A DNA stretch of 64,000 nucleotides, from contig CAVQKE010000003.1 of NCBI GenBank assembly GCA_963713045.1, forward strand, positions 96,001 to 160,000. Reading direction: 5' to 3'. Position numbers and translations under genes: made by a program. This document shows, piece after piece, positions 52,006-60,010 of this stretch. The first letter of the stretch is position 1, and every line of letters starts with the position of its first letter. This DNA comes from an uncultured delta proteobacterium. GTDB lineage: Bacteria > Myxococcota > Myxococcia > Myxococcales > Myxococcaceae. A model generated the notes under the pieces. The model ran no database searches, had not been told where the DNA came from, and worked only from the letters and a program-made list of their open reading frames with translations.

Positions 52006-53436
52006 ATGAGCCGCACCCTCAAAATTCTCTTCGCCATGCTCCTCTTCATCCCGGGGGTGTTGTTTGCCCTCAGCTGGCTGCAGTACCGGCTGGGCGGCTG
52101 GCTGGCCGCCGCCTGCCCCTTCTTCGGCTGGCAGCTGTGCGACATCGGAAGCCCCAGCCTCGCCTGGCTAAGCGCCCTCCTCTTCAACATGCTGCTCTTC
52201 GTGATGGTGCTGGCCACGCTGCTCACCGTGGCCGAGCGCAAGTGGAGCGCCTTCACCCAGGACCGCATCGGCCCGGAGCGGGCGCGCATCGGCCCGGCGT
52301 GGATGAAGAAGCATTCCTTTGGCGGCCTGCCCCACGTGGTGGCCGACGCGCTGAAGATGGTCTTCAAGGAAGATACCAGGCCCAAGGCGGCGGACCCGGA
52401 CCGCATTCTTTTCTGGCTGGGGCCGGTGCTGGCCTTCGCGCCGGTGTTTGCCCTGGCGGCCATCATCCCCTTCGGCCCCAGCGTCCCGGTGTCCGGCTAC
52501 GTCGTCTCGGCCCAGGTGGCCAATCCCAACTTCGGCCTGCTTTTCGTCTTCGCCATTGCCTCACTGGCCGTCTACGGCACCTCGCTGGCCGGCTGGGCCA
52601 GCAACAGCAAGTTTGCGCTGCTCGGCGGGGTGCGGGCCGCCTCGCAGATGATTAGCTACGAAGTGGCCCTCGGCCTGTCGCTGGTGGGGATGATGGTCGC
52701 CTTCTCCACCGTGCAGCTGCCGGTCCTGATTGGCTCGGCGGCCGCCGGGACCGGCCAGGCCCAATACCTGTGGGAAGGCAGCCTCTTCGGGGTGGACTTC
52801 GGCCTTCCGGCCTGGGGCATCTTCCTTCAGCCGCTTGGCTTTTTGCTTTTCTTCGCCGCCTCGTTTGCTGAGACGAAGCGGGCCCCCTTTGATGTCCCGG
52901 AGGGCGAGAGCGAGATTATTGGCTACTTCCTCGAATACTCCGGGATGAAGTTCGGCACCTTCATGATTAGTGAATTCATCGAGGTGGTGGTCCTGTCCGC
53001 CCTCATCGCGGCCATTTTTCTCGGCGGCTGGCACCTCGGCTTTGCCGGTGACGTTGCCTTGGCACAGGGACTCGGCCACAGCCACCCGGTGCTGTACGGG
53101 GCCTTCTGCGGCATGGTGTTTGGGCTGAAAGTCATCCTTCTTTGCTGGTTCCAGCTGATTGTGCGCTGGACGTTTCCGCGCTTCCGGTACGACCAAATCA
53201 TGACCCTCGGCTGGAAAATCCTTTTGCCTCTGGCACTCCTCAACGTCTTCGTCTCCGCCGCCCTGGTGCTGTTCGACCCAAGCTTGCACTGGCTGGCGGT
53301 GGTGGGGCTTTTGGAGATTGGCGTCCTTTTGGGCCTCACCCTCACCACCCAGGCGAAGGGCGGGCCCGAAGCGGCCGGCCATGGCAGCCCCGACGGGCAC
53401 GCGCTTCCGGCAGCGGCCGCCTCCGCCCACCACTAA
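52006..53436 (+). CDS. nuoH: NADH-quinone oxidoreductase subunit H
   Basis: ERK...[43 protein letters not shown]. Confidence 0.96.
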   Translation: MSRTLKILFAMLLFIPGVLFALSWLQYRLGGWLAAACPFFGWQLCDIGSPSLAWLSALLFNMLLFVMVLATLLTVAERKWSAFTQDRIGPERARIGPAWMKKHSFGGLPHVVADALKMVFKEDTRPKAADPDRILFWLGPVLAFAPVFALAAIIPFGPSVPVSGYVVSAQVANPNFGLLFVFAIASLAVYGTSLAGWASNSKFALLGGVRAASQMISYEVALGLSLVGMMVAFSTVQLPVLIGSAAAGTGQAQYLWEGSLFGVDFGLPAWGIFLQPLGFLLFFAASFAETKRAPFDVPEGESEIIGYFLEYSGMKFGTFMISEFIEVVVLSALIAAIFLGGWHLGFAGDVALAQGLGHSHPVLYGAFCGMVFGLKVILLCWFQLIVRWTFPRFRYDQIMTLGWKILLPLALLNVFVSAALVLFDPSLHWLAVVGLLEIGVLLGLTLTTQAKGGPEAAGHGSPDGHALPAAAASAHH

Positions 53437-53455
53437 AGCAGCCCCCCGGACCGCA

Positions 53456-54184
53456 ATGGCCTACTACCAGGCGAGCAAGGACCCCACCACCGACGTTCGC
53501 GAGCGCACCTTCGTGCCGACGCTGGTGCACGGGCTGGCCGTCACCATCCGTCACTTCATGCGGAACCTCTTCTACCCGAGGGACACCAACACCGACGTCC
53601 TCAACCGGACGGGCAAAAGTCAAATCACCACCGTCTCCTACCCCGAAGAAAGGATGACCTACCCGCCCGGGTACCGTGGGCTGCACCGCCTGGTCCCGCG
53701 CGAGGACGGTAAGCCACGCTGCGTGGCCTGCTACCTGTGCGCCACCATCTGCCCGGCGCAGTGCATCCACATTGAAGCCGGTGAATACCCCCCCAGCGAC
53801 GACTCCGCGGACTCGCGCGTCATTGAGAAGTACCCCACCAACTTCGTCATCGACGAGTTGCGCTGCATCGTGTGCGGGTTGTGCGTCGACGCCTGTCCGA
53901 AAGACGCCATCCGGATGGACACCGGGCGCCACACCCCGAGCGAATACACCCGCTCCGGCTTCGTCTGGGACATCCCGCGGCTGTTGGAAGGGCCCGCCGT
54001 CAGTCATCCCTCGGACCCTTGGCTGAAGCGTCCCAGTTCCCAGCGCCCCCCGGAGCACCCGGAAAAGCATGCCCGCATTGGCGACGGCCTGGTGCAGCTG
54101 AAACTGCCTGGCGGGACGCCGCACCCGGTGCGCACCGAAGTCACTTCCGGCCCGGTGCCCATCACCAAGTTTCTGCGGGACTAA
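53456..54184 (+). CDS. nuoI: NADH-quinone oxidoreductase subunit I
   Basis: [28 protein letters not shown]. Confidence 0.95.
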   Translation: MAYYQASKDPTTDVRERTFVPTLVHGLAVTIRHFMRNLFYPRDTNTDVLNRTGKSQITTVSYPEERMTYPPGYRGLHRLVPREDGKPRCVACYLCATICPAQCIHIEAGEYPPSDDSADSRVIEKYPTNFVIDELRCIVCGLCVDACPKDAIRMDTGRHTPSEYTRSGFVWDIPRLLEGPAVSHPSDPWLKRPSSQRPPEHPEKHARIGDGLVQLKLPGGTPHPVRTEVTSGPVPITKFLRD

Positions 54185-54288
54185 GGGCGGCGCCTTTCCC
54201 CCGTCCCCCTGCGCCTTCTCTCACCGCCACCCGCTTTGGGCGTCCATTTGGTTCTCGGCGCAACCCAGGGGAGCATCTGCCTCTAGAC

Positions 54289-55581
54289 GTGGATGCCCCT
54301 CAAGAGTTTGCGCCGGCGCCCTGGCGCCTGCGCCTGGCTGCCCTGGGGGACACCCTGGGCCACCAGCGGCACCTGTTGGCCATCCGCGACGGCGTGGTGG
54401 GCGCCCTGCCGCTGGTGTTGACCGGCTCGGTGTTTCTCCTCCTCGCCCAGCCGCCCTCGCGCGCGCTTCAGGCTTGGGTGGCGCCCTTCGCGCCGCAGCT
54501 GCTGCTGCCCACCCGGGTGCTGGGGGGCGCCATCTCCCTGTACGTGGCCTTCGCCTCCGCCTACGCGCTGGCCAAAAGCTACCAATTGGACGCGGCCTCC
54601 TGCGGCCTGGTGGCCTTGGCCAGCTACCTGGTGGCGGCGGTGCAGCCGGCTCCGGCCGGGCAGCTGCCCGGCCTCGTCCTTCAGCGGCTCGGCGCCGGAG
54701 GCATTCTGGCCGCGCTGGCCATTGGGCTGGGCAGCGTGGAGCTGACGCGGCTGTTGGTGCGCCGCCGTTGGACGGTACGGCTTCCGCCGGGGACCCCGGA
54801 GGCGGTGGGGCGCAGCCTGTCGGCGTTGGTGCCGTGCCTGGCTTGCGTCAGCCTGGTGTTTTGCCTGGTCCACCTGTTGGGCGCGGACGTCATCCGGCTT
54901 TTGCAGCTGGCGGCGGTGCCGCTGCTGCACGCGGTGGGCAGCCTCCCCGGTGTCCTGGGCGTGGTGCTGCTCGACAGCAGCCTCTGGCTGTTGGGGGTGC
55001 ACGCCGGGGCGGTCGGCGCCTCGCTGCGGCCGCTGTGGGAGGCAATGCTGGTGCAAAACATGGACGCCGCGGCCAACGGTGCGGCGCTTCCGCACATTGC
55101 GCCGCTGCACTTCTACCTGTGGTTTGTCTGGCAGGGCGGCTCCGGCGCGGCGCTGGCGTTGGGACTGCTGCTGTTGCGCTGCCGGTCGGCGCAGCTGCGC
55201 AGCGTCGGCCGTCTGGGGTTTCTGCCGGCGGTGTGCAACGTGAATGAGCCACTCCTCTTCGGCGTCCCGGTTGTCCTCAACCCAAGCCTGGCCATCCCCT
55301 TTGTCCTGGCGCCCACCCTCAGCGCGCTGGTGGCCTACGGCGCCTTCAGCCTGGACTGGGTGCGGCGCCCGACGCTGGAAGTCCCCTGGACGCTGCCGGC
55401 CCCGGTGGGCGCCTTCCTCACCACCGCCGGGGACGTGCGGGCCGTCGCCCTGCAACTGTGCACGCTTGCGTTGAGTGTTGCCATCTACTGGCCCTTCGTC
55501 CGCCGCTATGACGCCCGGCTGTTGGCCGAGGAGGGCCAACAGCGGGCCGGGGGACTTCCGTCCGGCGGAAGCAACCCGTAA
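54289..55581 (+). CDS. PTS EIIC component, cellobiose/lactose family (orphan; start uncertain)
   Basis: AIRDG, WLLGVH, GGSGA, NVNEPLLFGVPVVLNP, VPWTLP, IYWPF motifs. Confidence 0.85.
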   Translation: MDAPQEFAPAPWRLRLAALGDTLGHQRHLLAIRDGVVGALPLVLTGSVFLLLAQPPSRALQAWVAPFAPQLLLPTRVLGGAISLYVAFASAYALAKSYQLDAASCGLVALASYLVAAVQPAPAGQLPGLVLQRLGAGGILAALAIGLGSVELTRLLVRRRWTVRLPPGTPEAVGRSLSALVPCLACVSLVFCLVHLLGADVIRLLQLAAVPLLHAVGSLPGVLGVVLLDSSLWLLGVHAGAVGASLRPLWEAMLVQNMDAAANGAALPHIAPLHFYLWFVWQGGSGAALALGLLLLRCRSAQLRSVGRLGFLPAVCNVNEPLLFGVPVVLNPSLAIPFVLAPTLSALVAYGAFSLDWVRRPTLEVPWTLPAPVGAFLTTAGDVRAVALQLCTLALSVAIYWPFVRRYDARLLAEEGQQRAGGLPSGGSNP

Positions 55582-55602
55582 ACCTGCATTTCAGGAAGGG
55601 CT

Positions 55603-55953
55603 GTGCCGCGCTACCGCATCTCCGTCTGTCGGGGTCCCGACTGTCGCCGCAACGGCGCGGAGCGCGTCCTCACGGCGGCCACCCAGGCGGTGGAGGCCCA
55701 AGGGTTACAGGCCAAGTGCGTGCTGGCGCGCGGGGGCTGCTATGGGCTGTGCCACCTCGGGCCGAACGTGGTGGTGCGCGAGGAGCGGCAGCGCCCCAAG
55801 GACGTCTTCGCGCAGGAGGACTTCCAACTGATGGGCTGGCCGGACGAGGTGCACTACGCGGAGATGACGGCAGAAAAAGTCACCCGCGTCATCGCCGAGC
55901 ACATTGGGGGAGATGCGCCGGTGCAAAGTTTGCGCGGGGCCCGAGAGGACTAG
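55603..55953 (+). CDS. Thioredoxin-like [2Fe-2S] ferredoxin
   Basis: VCRGPDC...GCYGLCHLGP (C-x4-C...C-x3-C); GTG start. Confidence 0.85.
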   Translation: MPRYRISVCRGPDCRRNGAERVLTAATQAVEAQGLQAKCVLARGGCYGLCHLGPNVVVREERQRPKDVFAQEDFQLMGWPDEVHYAEMTAEKVTRVIAEHIGGDAPVQSLRGARED

Positions 55954-56261
55954 CCGGTGGGCCTAAAACCATCGGACGGCCGGGCTGAAAGCCGGCCCGG
56001 GGCCAACGGCGGAAGGGGGCCTTTGGGAATGCTGGAGGCGCGGGGCGAGCGCCCGCGTCATGGCCGGGGCCTCCCAGGCGGGGAGCCGCCGGCCCCGGGG
56101 ACCCCCTTGGACGTCAATTGGCCCAGTTGACGCTGGACGTTCGGCCCCGAACGGGGTAGGCGAACGAGCGGACCGGGGGGGGCATGCGCTCCACCCGGAG
56201 GGTTTAACCCGTGAGGGGCAGCCGCCTCTCCGTCGAGACCGAATACCAACGAGGAACCGAC

Positions 56262-56597
56262 ATGCGACACCTCAGCAAGTTGCTTCTCGCCGGCGCACTC
56301 ATCAGCGGCTGCGCCACCACACCCGAGGGTCCCCCGCCCAAGTGGCTGACCAACGCGCAGGACGCGGTGGCCGCAGCCCAGGCCGCTGGAGCCGACCAGG
56401 TGCCTGCGGCGCAGGCGCATTTGCAGAAGGCGCAGACGGCGTTGGCCGCGGCTCAGTCGGGTAAGGGTGACGTGCAGACGAAGGCTGCGTTTGCCACCGC
56501 CGAGGCGAACCTGGCGGGAAACCTAGCCAAGCAAGCCAAAGTGCAGGCTGACCTCCAGGCCGCCACCACCCAGCTCAACACGCTGAAGGCTCAGTGA
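56262..56597 (+). CDS. DUF4398-like helical lipoprotein
   Basis: Lipobox LISGC; A.AAGA...A.AHLQKA pattern; GAGGA RBS. Confidence 0.7.
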   Translation: MRHLSKLLLAGALISGCATTPEGPPPKWLTNAQDAVAAAQAAGADQVPAAQAHLQKAQTALAAAQSGKGDVQTKAAFATAEANLAGNLAKQAKVQADLQAATTQLNTLKAQ

Positions 56598-56620
56598 CCG
56601 CGCCGGACACCGAGGAAAAA

Positions 56621-57484
56621 ATGACGACCCAGACCTCCAAGACGCTTGCCGTCGCCGTCGCCGCCCTCGCCCTCCTCGCGGGCTGCACCACCCTGGAACC
56701 CTCGCCCGACCTGCTGGCAGCGCGCAGCGGGTATGCGGCCATGGCCAACAGCACCAACCCGGCCAACGCCGCCGAGCGCGGCCAAGCCGCGGCCGCCCTC
56801 CAAAAGGCCAACGACGCCCTCAAGAGTGGCGACCAGACGCTGGCCAACAACACCGCGCAACTTGCCAACCTCAAGGTGCAGAACGCCCAAGTGGTGGGCG
56901 ACACCTCCGACGCCGCGGCCCGGCTGGTGGGGACGCAGAATGAGACCATTGCCATCGCCCACGCCAAAGGACGGGGCGCCCAGGGCGTGGCTGCCGCTGC
57001 CTCTGCCGCCACCAGTGCCACGCAGCAGCAGATTGCCGATGCGCAGGCGGCGGCCGCCGCGGCCGAAGCGCGGCGCCAAAACGCACTCAACACCCTCAAA
57101 ATGTTCGCCAACGTGGTGGAGGACAAGGACCGCGGCCTGGTCATCAGCATCGGCGGCGAGACGCTGTTCAAGTCGAATTCGGCGAAATTCGGACCCAGTG
57201 CCAACCAGGAGTTGACGGCGCTGGCAGTGTACCTGGCGCTGGACCCACGGCCCACCGTCGTCGAGGGCCACACCTCCAACACCGGCACCGCGGCCCACAA
57301 CATGACGCTTTCCCAAGAGAGGGCCAAGGGCGTGATGGACTACCTCATTGCCCAGGGAGTGTCGCCTGACCGGATTACCTCGGTCGGCTTCGGCGAAACG
57401 CGCCCCATTGCCGACAACAAGACGAAGGCCGGCCGCGCGCTGAACCGGCGCGTGGACGTGGTGATGGTGAAGGCCGCCAACTAA
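56621..57484 (+). CDS. Lipoprotein with helical N-domain and OmpA-like C-terminal domain (copy 1)
   Basis: Lipobox LAGC; RGLVISI...LF, EGHTSNTG...N..LSQERA, NRRV. Confidence 0.88.
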   Translation: MTTQTSKTLAVAVAALALLAGCTTLEPSPDLLAARSGYAAMANSTNPANAAERGQAAAALQKANDALKSGDQTLANNTAQLANLKVQNAQVVGDTSDAAARLVGTQNETIAIAHAKGRGAQGVAAAASAATSATQQQIADAQAAAAAAEARRQNALNTLKMFANVVEDKDRGLVISIGGETLFKSNSAKFGPSANQELTALAVYLALDPRPTVVEGHTSNTGTAAHNMTLSQERAKGVMDYLIAQGVSPDRITSVGFGETRPIADNKTKAGRALNRRVDVVMVKAAN

Positions 57485-57506
57485 GGACGGCGCCAGGAAC
57501 GCCGAC

Positions 57507-57530
57507 GACGCCGGCGTGGCAGCCGGCGTC
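57507..57530. terminator. GC-rich hairpin downstream of OmpA copy 1
   Basis: GACGCCGGC-GTGGCA-GCCGGCGTC, flanked by GCCAGG/CCTGGC; no U-tract. Confidence 0.35.
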
Positions 57531-57571
57531 CCCTGGCAGGCGCATGGCGCGCCGCGGCGGGTAGCGGGGTA

Positions 57572-57591
57572 TGCGTCAGACAGGTGACGCA
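57572..57591. promoter_or_regulatory. Palindromic candidate operator upstream of the second DUF4398-OmpA unit
   Basis: TGCGTCA-N6-TGACGCA. Confidence 0.35.
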
Positions 57592-57719
57592 CCACCCCAC
57601 ATATTTGTGTTGTGCGCCCCCCCAGGGAGGTGGCAGACACACGGAGCGTTCCCCTCCTCGGTAAAACGAGGCCAGGAGTCGCTGGGTGGGGGAAACCAAA
57701 ACGACGGACGAGGAGCCCA

Positions 57720-58070
57720 ATGCGACACCTCAGCAAGTTGATTTTTGCGAGCGCGCTCAGTGCCGGCTGCGCGACCGCTGTCCCCCAGGCGAAAATCGAC
57801 GGCACGCAGAAGGCCATCGCCAATGCCGAAACCAGTGTCGGTAGCCAGGGCGGAGCAGCCGCCGAGCGGCTCGCAATCGCCAAGAAGGAGTTTGACCAGG
57901 CGATGGCGATGTCCAAGGCGGGCGACAACAACGGCGCTGTCCAGACGCTGGCCAAGGCCGAAGCGGACGCCAAGCTGGCCGGGGCGCTCGGCGCCGAGGG
58001 GAATACCCGCGCCCAGCTGCAGGCCGTGAACGACCAGATTCAGACCCTGAAGACGCAGCTCGGAAAGTAA
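57720..58070 (+). CDS. DUF4398-like helical lipoprotein (paralog of 56262)
   Basis: Lipobox LSAGC; AEADAKLA motif; first 21 nt identical to the 56262 gene. Confidence 0.75.
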   Translation: MRHLSKLIFASALSAGCATAVPQAKIDGTQKAIANAETSVGSQGGAAAERLAIAKKEFDQAMAMSKAGDNNGAVQTLAKAEADAKLAGALGAEGNTRAQLQAVNDQIQTLKTQLGK

Positions 58071-58085
58071 GGAGAGCTCACCACC

Positions 58086-58946
58086 ATGACCCCCCTCAGC
58101 AAGAAGCTGTCCTGGGTTGCCGCGGTCGGCCTGCTCGCCTCCGGCTGCGCCACACCTTCGAAGGAGCTGGCTGACGCCCGCACCACCTACGCGCGCGTCT
58201 CCTCCGGACCCGCCGCTCAGACCAACCCGGTGGAGGTCGCCGACGCGAGGAAAGCCCTCGACCAGGCCAATGACCTCGGCGCCGGGGATGACAAGGCCTA
58301 CGTCGCCACGCGCAAGGCCGAGTACGCCGAGGCCCTGTCGCGCAATGCCCAGGCCGGCAAAGACGTGCAGGCGGCGAACATCCAGCTGGCGTCGCTCCAA
58401 GCCGAGTACCTGCAAAACGTCAACATGCGGATAGCCGCCGAGAACGCCGCCGCCGCCGCTGCGCTGAACAAACTTGGAAAGACACAGGCCCAGCTCGACG
58501 CCGAGCGCGCTGCCGCCGCTGCTGCTCAGGCTCGGGCCCAGGCCGCCCTGGCGAAAATCCGCGGAAAGCTGACCCAGTCCGACCGCGGCACGGTCATCAC
58601 CCTCCCCGGAGCGCTGCTGTTTCCGAGCGGCAAGGCGACCCTGACCGCTGGTGGCAAGCGCAACATTGACCCGCTGATGGAGTTCATGCGCCTCGACGGC
58701 CGCAAAATCCTGATCGAGGGCTACACCGACTCGAGAGGCAAGGCGGCCTTCAATCAGAAGCTGTCGCAGCAGCGCGCCGACACGGTGATGAACGACATCA
58801 TCAAGTACGGCAACATCCCTGCCGACAAAATTAGCGCCCAAGGAATGGGTCCGGCGAACCCAATTGGCGACAACAAAACGGCTGATGGCCGTCAGCTCAA
58901 CCGGCGCGTGGAAATTATTCTCCTCGGCCCGCCGCCCAACCCCTGA
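58086..58946 (+). CDS. DUF4398-like + OmpA-like lipoprotein (copy 2)
   Basis: Lipobox ASGC; EGYTDSRG...NQKLSQQRA, NRRVEI. Confidence 0.9.
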   Translation: MTPLSKKLSWVAAVGLLASGCATPSKELADARTTYARVSSGPAAQTNPVEVADARKALDQANDLGAGDDKAYVATRKAEYAEALSRNAQAGKDVQAANIQLASLQAEYLQNVNMRIAAENAAAAAALNKLGKTQAQLDAERAAAAAAQARAQAALAKIRGKLTQSDRGTVITLPGALLFPSGKATLTAGGKRNIDPLMEFMRLDGRKILIEGYTDSRGKAAFNQKLSQQRADTVMNDIIKYGNIPADKISAQGMGPANPIGDNKTADGRQLNRRVEIILLGPPPNP

Positions 58947-59131
58947 CACTGCCCGGGGTGTCCGCAGTTCTTCGGCGGCGCCCCGAAGTCCATCGCCGGC
59001 CTGCCGGACGCCTTCGCCCGGAGCTGCCGGCCAGGGGGCCTAACCGGGCAAAGCGGCTTCGCCCGCCACGGCCAAGGTAGGCTGGCCGGGGCTTGGACAG
59101 CGTGGCGAAAGTCCCCGGAGGGCGCACCCAC

Positions 59132-60010
59132 ATGACGCCGTTTCAGAAGAGACTGTCCTCCGTTGCTGGGGTGTGCCTGCTCGCCTCCGCCTGCGCCGAA
59201 ACCCCGAAGGAGCTTGTTGCCGCCCGGGCGGAGTACACGCAGGCTTCCGCCGGACCGGCCGCCGAAACCAACCCGGTGGAAGTGGCCGAGGCAAAGAAGG
59301 CCTTGGACCAGGCGGAGGAGGCCTGCTACTCCTGCTGGGACGTCAACGCTGGCCGGGAGAAAGCGTACGTCGCGCTGCGCAAGGCGGAATATGCCGAGGC
59401 GCTGTCGCGCAATGCGCAAGCCGGCGAGCAGCTCCAGTCAGCGAACCTTCAACTCGCCGCGCTGCAGGCTGAGTACCTGACCAACGTCAACGCGCGGGTG
59501 GCCGCCGAGAACGCCGCCGCTGCCGCTGCGCTGGGGAAGCTTGGCAAGACGAAGGCCGAGCTCGACGCCGACCGGGCGGCCGCCGCAGCCGCCCAAGCCA
59601 AGGCCCAAGCCGCCCTCGCCAAAATTCGCGGAAAGCTGACCCAGTCCGACCGCGGCACCGTGATTACCCTACCGGGAGCGCTACTTTTTCCCTCCGGGCA
59701 AAGTGCCCTCAGCCCGGGCGGGCGGCGCAACTTGGTGCCCCTGTTGGACTTCATCCGCAGCGACGGCCGGAAAATCCTGATTGAAGGCTACACCGATTCG
59801 AAGGGCGCGCCGGCCTTCAACCAAAAGCTGTCGCAACAGCGCGCCGACACGGTGCGCAAGGAGATGATTGAGGACGGCAACATTCCCGCCGACCGAATTA
59901 CCGCCCAAGGGATGGGCGCGGCCAACCCGCTGGGCGACAACCAGACGGCCGAAGGGCGGCAACTCAACCGGCGCGTGGAGATTATTCTCCTCGGCCCGCC
60001 GCCAAGCTAG
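59132..60010 (+). CDS. DUF4398-like + OmpA-like lipoprotein (copy 3)
   Basis: Lipobox ASAC; EGYTDSKG...NQKLSQQRA, NRRVEI; long identical stretches shared with copy 2. Confidence 0.9.
   Translation: MTPFQKRLSSVAGVCLLASACAETPKELVAARAEYTQASAGPAAETNPVEVAEAKKALDQAEEACYSCWDVNAGREKAYVALRKAEYAEALSRNAQAGEQLQSANLQLAALQAEYLTNVNARVAAENAAAAAALGKLGKTKAELDADRAAAAAAQAKAQAALAKIRGKLTQSDRGTVITLPGALLFPSGQSALSPGGRRNLVPLLDFIRSDGRKILIEGYTDSKGAPAFNQKLSQQRADTVRKEMIEDGNIPADRITAQGMGAANPLGDNQTAEGRQLNRRVEIILLGPPPS

Noticed and set aside
57545..57575. GGTAGCGGGGT resembling the 3' end of a c-di-GMP-I riboswitch
   Set aside because: The upstream GCAAA/GAAA-tetraloop P2 elements are not found; likely chance
58430..59610. 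GCC/GCT triplet runs as tandem repeats or a CRISPR-like array
   Set aside because: They encode poly-Ala coiled coils inside paralogous CDSs; no repeat-spacer periodicity
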